Source: an uncultured Planctomycetota bacterium (GTDB lineage Bacteria > Planctomycetota > Planctomycetia > Isosphaerales > Isosphaeraceae). From it: a stretch of 64,000 nucleotides of DNA. Position 1 is the first letter of the stretch; each line of letters opens with the position of its first letter. A model generated the notes under the pieces. The model was not told where the DNA came from. It ran no database searches and saw only the letters and a list, made by a program, of their open reading frames with translations. Positions 43,401 through 52,337 of the stretch are shown here, one piece after another. A program made the translations under genes and the position numbers. The stretch is taken from NCBI GenBank assembly GCA_963823665.1, contig CAWGMQ010000003.1, forward strand, positions 1,184,001 through 1,248,000, read 5' to 3'.

Positions 43401-46400
43401 CCGGGAACCTTATCGCTCAGTACACCTACGACGCCGCCGGTCGACTGAGTCGCGAGGACGACGGCAACGGAACCTACACAATCTACACGTATGACGCCGC
43501 CGGTGAATTGTTGGATGTCGTCAACTACGCGCCGGACGGCACGATCAATTCCCGGTTCGACGACACCTTTGATTCCCTTGGCCGGCTCATTACCAAGGCG
43601 ACGTTAGACGGAACCTGGACGTTCACCTACGACGCGGTCGGCGAGTTGACCCACGCCGTTTTTGTGTCAACCAATCCACAGGTTGCGGACGAGGATTTGG
43701 CGTACTCCTACGACGCCGCAGGTAATCGTACGCAGACGGTCATCAACGGCGTGACGACGGACTACACGACGAACAATATGAATGAGTACACCCAGGTGGG
43801 TGACGCGCAATACAGCTACAACGCCGATGGTGACGTCACATCCATTTCCGACGCCGGCGGGACGACCAACTACTCGTACAATGCCAACGATCAGCTCGTC
43901 GCCGAGACGAGTCCGAGCGGTTCCTGGACGTTTCAGTACGACGCATTTGGCAACCGCGCCGGTGAGACAGATAACGGGCAAACCACACAATTTCTCTTCG
44001 ACCCGAGCGGTGACTTGCTAGCGGCATACGGCGGGAACGGAAGCTCTGTCGCTCATTACACTTATGGTCTGGGATCCGGACCCATCAACGAGGTCATGCA
44101 GGGAGGCACGGAGTACTATTATGCTTATTGCTCCTCAGGCAACACCATGGGGCTCACAAACGCGGCAGGCGTTCAAATCCAGACGTATAATTACGACCCG
44201 TTCGGTAATTCCCTCGGTTCGTCGGGTAGTGTATTCAACCTTTTCACCGTCGGCGGCCAAGAGGGCGCAATTACCAATAGCGACGGCACCGTCAGTACTC
44301 CATCTGGCGATGACCACACCGATCTCGGCCGACCCGAAGACAAAAGCGAGTTCGAGATCGGTCCAATCCTCGCAACGATCTTCGATGTCGTTTCGAATGG
44401 CCTTGATGCGATTGGCAAGGAAGTGTCGCTCATAAGTAATGCAGAGCCATTCGTATCGATCTATTCAATCTATCACGCATATGGAGAGGGGCCGGCGAAC
44501 GTCGCTTTTACGCTCACAACCTATCTCGCCGGAATTGCTAGTTTTATAACCAAGTCCGACGCGAATTTGGTGGCAGAACGAGCAGTGACGGTCAGTACTC
44601 GATACGCACTCGTCAATGCGCGAATTCTGACGATCGAAGCGCCTTTCATCGAGTCAGTGTCCGTCTCTGCCATTCTCCCCTATAGCGAGACGATTCTGGA
44701 TGCCGCCTTGTTGGCTGATGCTGCCTTCCTGGACGTTGCCGCGGCGCGTTACGCCCTCGCGGCTCTAGCAATCATTGGCGCTGAGCAACTTTATAATTAC
44801 ATAGCCAATTATGTTAAGGTAATTTATGTTGACTCTTGCACCGCCGTCAACTCCCACGACCCCAACGACAAAGTCGGTCCCGCCGGCTACGGCCCACAAA
44901 ACTTCGTCAGCGCCGCCAACCCACTCCCCTACCGCGTCGACTTCGAAAACTCCCCCACAGCCACAGCCCCCGCCCAGCGTGTCGACGTCACCGATCAGCT
45001 CGACCCGAACCTCGACTGGTCCACTTTCCAGTGGACCAGCTTCGGCTTCGGCGACAACGTCATCACCATCCCGCCCAATACGCAGAACTACGAAACCACC
45101 GTGCCGATGACCTACAACGGCGTGACCTTCCGCGTCGTCATCGACCTCAACTTGAACCCGCTGACCGGTGTGCTCGACGCCTCGTTCCAGTCCTTGAACG
45201 CAGCCAACATGATGACCGGCCTCGCCACCTGCCCCGGCACGCTCAGCCTCGGTCCGGCCAACCCAGAGGCCGAGCTACCCCCGCCCGTCACGATCGGCTT
45301 CCTCCCGCCCGAAGACGGCACCGGACGCGGAATGGGCTTTATCACCTACACCGTCCAGCCCAAAGCCAGCGTGCCCACCGGCACCCAGATCCGCAACGTC
45401 GCCGACGTCACCTTCGACCTCGGCAACACGATCGCCACCGACCAGGTCAGTGACACCGACCCAACCCTCGGTGTCGACCCCACCAGGCAGGCCCTCGTCA
45501 CCATCGACAGCGTCGCACCCACGAGCAGCGTCGCCTCGCTTCCCGCCTTATCTTCAACGAACGCGTTCACCGTGAACTGGTCCGGCACGGATGACGCCGG
45601 CGGCTCAGGTCTCGCCTCCTACACGATCTTCGTCTCAAACGATGGCGGGCCGTTCGTCCCGTGGTTGACCAACACGACAGATACCTCTGCCAGCTATGTC
45701 GGACTCGACGGCCACACCTACGGCTTCTTCAGCATCGCCACCGACAACGTCGGCAACCAGGAGACGATCAAGACCGCGCCCGAAGCCTCGACCACGGTCG
45801 ATGTCGCCCCGCCGACCAGCTCCGTCACCGCACTCCCTCCGTTCAGTCCCGCGAGTTTCACCCTCGCCTGGTCCGGCACCGACACGAACGGTATCGGCAT
45901 CGCGTCGTACAACATCTATGTCTCCGATAACGGCGGTGCGTTCCAACCGCTCCTGATTGGCACAACCGCGACGTCCACCACGCTCACGGGTTCGAACGGC
46001 CACACCTACGGATTCTACAGCGTCGCCACCGACGACCTCGGCAACCAGCAGCCCGCTCAAGGATCCGCCCAGGCAAGCACCACGGTCGATTCCGCCGCAC
46101 CGACGAGCCTCCGTCGCCGCGTTGCCACTCTTCAGCCCGCTGACGTTCACAATCAGTTGGTCCGGCAGCGACAATCCCGGTGGCTCCGGACTGGCCAGCT
46201 ACTCTGTCTACGTTTCGGACAATGGAGCCGCCTTTGCCCCATTGATCACCGACACCACGCAGACAACCACGAGCTTCACCGGAGTCGACGGCCATCGCTA
46301 CGGTTTCTACAGCGTGGCGACGGACAACGTCGGCAACGTCGAGCCAACGCCGAGTTCCCCCGAAGCCACGACACTAGTCGACGTCACACCCCCGACCAGC

Positions 46401-48266
46401 ACCGTCAACTCGCTCCCCGCGATGACGACGTCCACAAGCATCACCGTCTCGGTCACCGGTTCCGATCCGGTACCCGCCGGCGGCACACCATCCGGTGTCG
46501 CATCATACGCCATCTACGACTCGACCAACGGTGGGGCCCTCACACTCTTCACGACCGTCCCAGCCTCCAACCCAACAACAACGTTCACCGCCCAGGCCGG
46601 GAACACCTACGGCTTCTACAGCGTCGCGACCGACAACGCCGGCAACATCCAGGCGACCCCCACCGCCGCGGAGGCAACCGTCCAGATCCTCCCTCCAATG
46701 AAAGTCGCCTCCGTTTCTTCCGTCACACCCAACCCGCGCAACAGCACGGTCTCCACCATCAATATCTCGCTGAGCGCGGCGATCACCGCCGGCTCCTTCA
46801 CAACCACCGCCCTGACGCTCACCGACAACGGCGGCCCTAACTTAATCACAAACGCCGTCACGATCAGCTTCGTCTCAGGCTCAACTTACCAGATCACTGG
46901 GCTCTCCAGCCTTACGAAGAGCGACGGCAACTACGTGATGACCGTCAATGCCGCCAACATCCTGGACACGTACGGCAACCCGGGCGCCGGCACCGCGTCG
47001 ACGTCATGGCTCATGGACACGACGCGCCCGACAAGCAAAGTCAATCCCCTCGCGCAGCGCGGCACAAGCCTGAGCTTCACGGTCTCCGCCGGCGGATCGG
47101 ATCCAAGCGGGCCAAACAACAGCCCGCCATCGGGCTTGGCATCCTTCGACATCTACGCCGCGATTAACGGTGGACCGTGGACGTTCTGGACCAACGTCCC
47201 TGCATCCCGCCCCTCGGCCACCTACACTGGCCAGAGCAACACGACGTACACGTTCTACAGCATCGCCCACGATCTGGCCGGAAACGTCGAGGTCAAGACG
47301 CCTCTGATCGAGGCGAGCACCTATCTTCCCGACCTGACGCCACCGGTGACGTCCGTCAACCGCTTGAACGGAACAAACCCCAGCTCGGTCAACTCCACGA
47401 CTGGCACCTTCACGCTTAACCTCACCGGCACGGACCAGGGTGGCAGCAACCTCGCGTACTTCGAAGTCTTCGTGTCAGTCGATTCCGGGCCGTACCACAT
47501 GGCCGCACCGCCCATACCCGCCGGCCCCGCAGACACCTCCGGAACCGTCCACGCCACGATCCCCTACCAGGCCCCCACCGACGGCGCCCAGCACACCTAC
47601 GCCTTCTACAGCATCGGCATCGACGGTGCCGGTAACACCCAGTCCGCCCCCACAAGTCCCAACCTCACCCTCCAAGAAACCTTCGCCACCCCATCCCAGC
47701 TCCAGACCACAAGCTTGATCGTCGAAGATGGCGCCGTCGAGCGTTCCTACATCCGCTACCTGCAAGTCGATTTCAACGAATCCGACACCCAGTCCGGTGG
47801 CCAGCTCACTCAGATCGTCAATTCCCTCAAGACGGCATCACCGGACATCCAGCTCTACCAGTACGACCTGAACGACGACGCATCGAGCAAGACAGCCGTG
47901 TCACTTTCCGGCGTGAGCGTCTCCCTGATCGACCACGCGATCGAGCTCGACTTCGGCGCAAACGGCCTGGGCGGCAGCCCCACCACGACGGCCGCCGACG
48001 GCTATTACGAGCTCGACATCAAGCTTCCGAGTGGAGCGACCGGAGTGCACAACTTCTTCCGCCTACTCGGCGACGTCACCGGCGATGGCACGGTAGACAA
48101 CAACGACCTGAACGAAATCGCCGCCGAAATCAATCTGTCGAACCCGACCGGGCTTGCACCGCTAGGCGCAGACGTGACCGGCGAAGGCACAATATCCGCG
48201 CTCGACCTGACGCTGGCAACCCGCGCCAAAGGCCACAAGCTAAAGTCCGGCCTCTTCCTCGGCTAA
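34405..48266 (+). CDS. Giant secreted RHS/YD-repeat protein (~4,619 aa after removing two +1 insertions at ~41311 and ~46108): tandem 137-aa repeats, carbohydrate-binding-like, Ig-like and LamG-like domains, RHS shell, internal variable cassette, DPNDK domain, FN3-like repeats, dockerin
   Basis: GAGGTG SD and ATG 34405; EVLEDRTMLS motif; ALHFDG...WYNVALTWD...GYWRFDEG (LamG-like); dense YxYD repeats at ~42150-44210; GDVTGDGTVDNNDL...ADVTGEGTISALDL (dockerin type I). 13,862 nt minus 2 = 4,620 codons. Confidence 0.88.
34837..36891 (+). repeat. Five near-identical 411-bp (137-aa) intragenic tandem repeats
   Basis: ACCCTGACCAACCTCGGCACC recurs at 34837, 35248, 35659, 36070 and 36481 (exact 411 spacing). 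Confidence 0.97.
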
Positions 48267-48445
48267 GAAAGGTGCCAGGCCCCGATTCGTGATTTGCCCC
48301 CCTCCGCAGACGAGGCGTGGTAATCCCGCGCCGTAAACCGGTGCAGGAAGCTGTTGTGCAAGTTCGAAGTCCTCACTTTGGGATCAAACCAACAGCCACG
48401 CAATGAACTAAGGCCTATCACATCCCATCGCTCGTTCAAAAAAAG

Positions 48446-48647
48446 TCACGACGCCCAGCTCTCAACTCTCAGCCCCGGTACGGCGGATAGATCCGCGTCG
48501 GTGGTCGCGACGCTACAATTGCCAAGACTCAGGGCGATCGCGGCAATTTGAAGGTCGATCGCTTGCATCGGGCGACCAATTCGACGCAGCTCTGCGAACA
48601 GCCTCCCGTAGACTCGTGCGGCCTCGGGCGTATAAGGCCAGCCTCAC
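48446..48647 (-). pseudogene. VapC/PIN-domain toxin remnant lacking its N-terminal half
   Basis: 48640..48446 translates as WPYTPEAARVYGRLFAELRRIGRPMQAIDLQIAAIALSLGNCSVATTDADLSAVPGLRVESWAS*, a PIN C-terminal half. The GTG start overlapping the upstream TGA is only 7 nt away and out of frame. Confidence 0.8.
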
Positions 48648-48969
48648 GGGAATAGGGCCTCGATTCGCCGCGCTCGCTCCTCGAACTTGGCGATCTCGGA
48701 TGCTTTCTGTGCTGCCCGAGCAGCTTGCCACTCCGCTTCTTCGGCAGGCGTCATCTCGAGCGGCGGAATCGCGTCAAACTCGGCGATCCAATGGGCGATC
48801 GACTCCGGATCATCGGCCTGCTCGTCGCCTGTCGTCCCGAGAACGTCGGGCGCATCTTCCCGCATCACAACAACACGGCATCCGTCCGGCCAGTCCGCCA
48901 GACCGTCGAGGATGAATGCCCGTTCTTCCAGATGCCAGTCAGCGCCGTCGCGTCATCGGATGCGCCCAT
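48644..48969 (-). CDS. Probable antitoxin (apparent 1-nt deletion near 48917)
   Basis: GAGG SD; MGASDDATALTGIWKNG + FILDGLADWPDGCRVVV joins the acidic ORF 48644..48868. GTGA overlap with the PIN remnant. Confidence 0.65.
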
Positions 48970-49053
48970 CGGTATACCTCGTTTCTCTTGCAATCTACCT
49001 ATCACTAGCGTAGCACCATGAAGCTGGACGAGGGAGGCGAATTCTGGACTGAC

Positions 49054-50433
49054 CTAAATCCCCTCACGAGATCTCAGAGTCGAATCAGCCCGAGTTGAAC
49101 CACTACTCTCAGATTCGCTGAAATGGGCCGTCGTCTCGAACCAGCCCGCCGAAAACAAGGCAGCGGTCTTCTGATGCTGGAGCAGCCGCCAGGCGTCCGG
49201 CAAATCGAGAACGCGAACGATCCGCGCATCCCGCCCTTCACGGGACCGGCAGACAAGAGATGCATGTTCCAGCACCGGCTTGCTCAGTCGAGCGAGCAGT
49301 TCCGGAGAATGCGTGGTGGCAACGACCTGAATACCCTTCTCCTTCACCTGAGTTTCTATCAGGTCGAGAAGCAGATTGAGGCGGCTCGGGTGGATTCCGC
49401 TCTCAAGCTCCTCGAAGAAATAGAAAGACGATGGATTCGGCCCTAGGAACGCCGCAAGAAACGCCAGGAACCTGAGCGTTCCATCGGAGGCCGAGGCAAA
49501 ACTCGTCTTTCGCCCGTTGCGTTCGACCATGGTGGCAGCGATCTTTCCGGATGGGCCTGCCGGAAACTCGAGGTCGACCACGTCCATCGACGTCAGCTCC
49601 TGGACCCAGGAAAGGAGATTCATCTTAGAAGCATGAGACGCACAAATCGCAAAGAGCGCCGAGCTCAGATTGCTTCCGTCGTCGCTCAACCGATCATGCC
49701 CAGGCAAAGACGGCTGGCAGAGTGCATCGAGCGACCAGTGAAAAAAACGGCAAGAACGATAAATGCTCAGCGCCTGATCCAGATCCTGGCTCACTTCTTT
49801 AAAATCAGCCACATGATCATGGAATCTCCTTGAGCGGCCGTGCCAGACCGCGGCATGGTCAGCCGGCATCTTCGCCGCAACCGCCATCTGGCCCAAAACT
49901 GGCAATCCGTTTGGAAAATAGAATTTTTGGAATGAATCAGTTGCAAGACCATACTCTCGGATCCTGACGACTTGATGCGTGCGATCTCTCACCTGGCTCG
50001 TAAAAATGCGGCCAAGCGCCCCGAACCCGAGCGACTCCGAACGGATTCTAGGAATTGACACTTTTCGATCGATTGCCACCTCGATGTGATAGTTTACAGT
50101 TTCCAGGCCAGACTCCAGTTCGCCAGAAAAGCCAATCATGTCAGCGGGGAGCGTGCTCTCGCCCGTGAGCGCAAATGAATTCTTGCCCGAGAAAGCGATC
50201 CCTTTGCAACCGCCTTTGATGCCTGCCCAGAGGCGCTGCCCGCCCTCCTCGATTTTGCCATCGATAGTCTCGGTCAGTTCGTAGGCCCGCCCAATTCCAT
50301 GCAAAAACCGAAACGCATCGCGAAGGTTGCTCTTACCCGACGCATTCGCCGCGATCAACACCGTGAACGGCCCAAGCTCGAGCTTGGCATCTTTGAAATT
50401 CTTGAATCGTTCCAATCGCAACGACTTGAACAT
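49054..50433 (-). CDS. ABC-type AAA family ATPase (AAA_21/RecF-like, defence-associated type)
   Basis: LERFKNF, Walker A IAANASGKSN, signature ASDGT, Walker B FFFEELESGIHP and H-loop TTHSP. Confidence 0.85.
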   Translation of the reverse strand: MFKSLRLERFKNFKDAKLELGPFTVLIAANASGKSNLRDAFRFLHGIGRAYELTETIDGKIEEGGQRLWAGIKGGCKGIAFSGKNSFALTGESTLPADMIGFSGELESGLETVNYHIEVAIDRKVSIPRIRSESLGFGALGRIFTSQVRDRTHQVVRIREYGLATDSFQKFYFPNGLPVLGQMAVAAKMPADHAAVWHGRSRRFHDHVADFKEVSQDLDQALSIYRSCRFFHWSLDALCQPSLPGHDRLSDDGSNLSSALFAICASHASKMNLLSWVQELTSMDVVDLEFPAGPSGKIAATMVERNGRKTSFASASDGTLRFLAFLAAFLGPNPSSFYFFEELESGIHPSRLNLLLDLIETQVKEKGIQVVATTHSPELLARLSKPVLEHASLVCRSREGRDARIVRVLDLPDAWRLLQHQKTAALFSAGWFETTAHFSESESSGSTRADSTLRSREGI

Positions 50434-50600
50434 CGGCCGGCTCCTCTCGATCGTTATCCGCATTGTATTCGGTGTGGCTCGGCCGAATGACGTAATGACA
50501 CAAGGAAACCCAAACGGTTCAGCCGGTTACACTTAAGTGACCGAAGCACCAATCGCCCGCAGAACTCACTCCCCGGTGCCCAAAACCCGCCCAAAGCAGC

Positions 50601-50629
50601 TTGAACCTCGCGCACCGCGCGGCTATGAT
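50601..50629 (+). promoter_or_regulatory. sigma70-like promoter upstream of the RbfA-like leader
   Basis: TTGAAC-N17-TATGAT. A GGCACC/GGTGCC hairpin begins at the expected start site (~50636). Confidence 0.6.
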
Positions 50630-50706
50630 TCTTACGGCACCCAAAAAAGCGGTGCCCTCACTTTCTCTCTGCCAAGCCAGCTCTCATACAGCACAGGAGG
50701 CCGGCG

Positions 50707-50829
50707 ATGTCTTCGATTTACTGCATGAGTGTGCCGTCGAGCCTGCATCGCGCGCCAGGGCGCCCTGAAGCCCCTGTCTCCGGGAAAACGCATCCTGCGT
50801 TCTCGGCGCGCGTCTCATTGACTGACTGA
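50707..50829 (+). CDS. Putative 40-aa leader peptide (uORF)
   Basis: Perfect AGGAGG at 50695-50700, 6 nt before ATG; MSSIYCMSVPSSLHRAPGRPEAPVSGKTHPAFSARVSLTD*. Confidence 0.5.
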   Translation: MSSIYCMSVPSSLHRAPGRPEAPVSGKTHPAFSARVSLTD

Positions 50830-50955
50830 CTGAACGAAGTCGCGTCGATCCAGGCTCACATCACGGCGGAACCGATCAAATGCGGTCCGAGCGGTCGGGC
50901 TGCGCGACGATGGGTGCCAGCCCCCCCATCGAAGAATCGATCTTCATTTGAAGGA
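50733..50955 (+). promoter_or_regulatory. Structured 5' leader / candidate attenuator
   Basis: GAGCCTG-c-ATCG (50739-50) pairs with CGAT-c-CAGGCTC (50846-57); GCCGT/ACGGC outer stem; CGCGCGCC/GGCGCGCG inner stem; CGATGGG/CCCATCG hairpin. Confidence 0.45.
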
Positions 50956-50967
50956 ATCGGTATCAGT

Positions 50968-51444
50968 ATGAGAGCAATCGAAAAATATCGAGGACCGTCC
51001 ATGGCCGAGGTCCATCGTTTCTGCGCCTCGCTCGGCGAGGAAGATGGTGAAGATCCCCATCTGGCGAAGCGGCGGCGGCCCAACAACAAGCGCGCCTCAT
51101 CAAACTCGGTCCCCGTCGCCCGGCTCGAGCGCAAGGCCTGCCAGCTCTGCCGCCAGGTGGCCGAAACCCTCGATGAAGTCCTGGCCGACTGTGGCGACGG
51201 CGTGCTGCGAGCGCTCCGGGTGGCGACCGTCGTGCCCTATCCAAACGCGTCGCGACTGCTCGTGACCGTCGCTCCGGTCGACGGCCGGCTCGCACCCGAG
51301 GCGGGACCGAAAGTCGTGCTGGACCATCTGGAAAAAGCCAGCGGTCACTTACGCCACGAAATCGCCGCGGCCGTCACCCGCAAACGCGCGCCGCTCATGT
51401 TGTACCGACTGGCCGAGCCCGCACTCGAGGGCGCTCAGTCATGA
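50968..51444 (+). CDS. RbfA-like protein (divergent ribosome-binding factor A family member)
   Basis: RKACQLCRQVAETL...LRVATVVPYPNASRLLVTV...LEKASGHLRHEIAAAVTRKRAPLMLYRL follows the RbfA KH-II pattern, with an extra N-terminal Cys/acidic/basic extension. Confidence 0.7.
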   Translation: MRAIEKYRGPSMAEVHRFCASLGEEDGEDPHLAKRRRPNNKRASSNSVPVARLERKACQLCRQVAETLDEVLADCGDGVLRALRVATVVPYPNASRLLVTVAPVDGRLAPEAGPKVVLDHLEKASGHLRHEIAAAVTRKRAPLMLYRLAEPALEGAQS

Positions 51445-52244
51445 CCCGGCCAAGGGCCAGGATCCGGCCTGTCACCGTGATCCTCGTGCTCGCGATTCTG
51501 GTCCTCGGCGTTCTTGTCACGGTCCAGCAGCGCAGGGAGGCGCGGCTCAGGCAGGCCCTCGCGCTGTTCCGGAATCGGGCTCATCAAAGTATCTACAAAC
51601 GCCTCGACGGCCCGTCTCCGCCCATGGGCACTTCGCCAAGGCTATCGCTCAATTGGGGCGCCACCGCCCCGCTGGAGGAGGTGATCAGCCAGCTCAAGCT
51701 CTTCACCAACCGGAGAACCACGCGCTTGAGATCCAGCTTCCCGATTGAGGTCGACTTCGCCGGTCTGGCAGAGTCGGGTCAATCCCTCACCTCCCTCGTG
51801 CGGCTTCCCCCGGAGCCGAGCCAAATCCTATCTCTCGACGAATTCATGCATCACGTCCTCGAGCCGATGAATCTCGATTTCGAGATCAGGGATGGCGCCC
51901 TTTTCATCACCTCTCACGTGGCCGTGGAGCGTTCTCATGATCGCATTCTTAAGTTTCTCGACCAGCCGGTTTTGCTGACCTGGCCCGACGGAGCATCCCT
52001 TGACGATGTGATCGCAGCGGTCCGATCGAGCACCATGGGACCTGAATTCCCGCTCGGCCTGCCTATGTATCCGGATCCTTCCAGTGTGGACGACTCGGAC
52101 TTGAAGACGGTCGTCGCACCCGCACCGAAACAGAGTGTTCCCGTCTGGGAGCACCTGGTCCGCATTCTGTCGCCGCTGCGAATGAAATTTGAGCTCAGAA
52201 ACGGGGCCCTCGTCATCCTTTCGCGGCCGCGACGGGAAGAGTGA
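51441..52244 (+). CDS. Membrane-anchored hypothetical protein with two STN-like domains
   Basis: One N-terminal TM helix; two copies of L.W....L..V...(L/F)P...D.......L..M.(L/M).FE.R.GAL.I.S. ATGA overlap with the RbfA-like gene. Confidence 0.6.
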   Translation: MTRPRARIRPVTVILVLAILVLGVLVTVQQRREARLRQALALFRNRAHQSIYKRLDGPSPPMGTSPRLSLNWGATAPLEEVISQLKLFTNRRTTRLRSSFPIEVDFAGLAESGQSLTSLVRLPPEPSQILSLDEFMHHVLEPMNLDFEIRDGALFITSHVAVERSHDRILKFLDQPVLLTWPDGASLDDVIAAVRSSTMGPEFPLGLPMYPDPSSVDDSDLKTVVAPAPKQSVPVWEHLVRILSPLRMKFELRNGALVILSRPRREE

Positions 52245-52337
52245 CAGAAAATCCACGGCGGTCGCTCCGATTAAGTTTCAGGTGGTCGCACGGCTTCGAT
52301 GCGCTTTCCCGACAACGTACGCTGGAGTTCTCGCGAT

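Noticed and set aside
48270..50560. Integrated mobile element around the TA/ATPase islet
   Set aside because: No integrase, transposase, tRNA target or flanking direct repeats were found.
50827..50870. Selenocysteine at the uORF TGA that is in frame with the RbfA-like gene
   Set aside because: No convincing SECIS hairpin at the expected distance and no redox motif; the downstream gene has its own SD and ATG.
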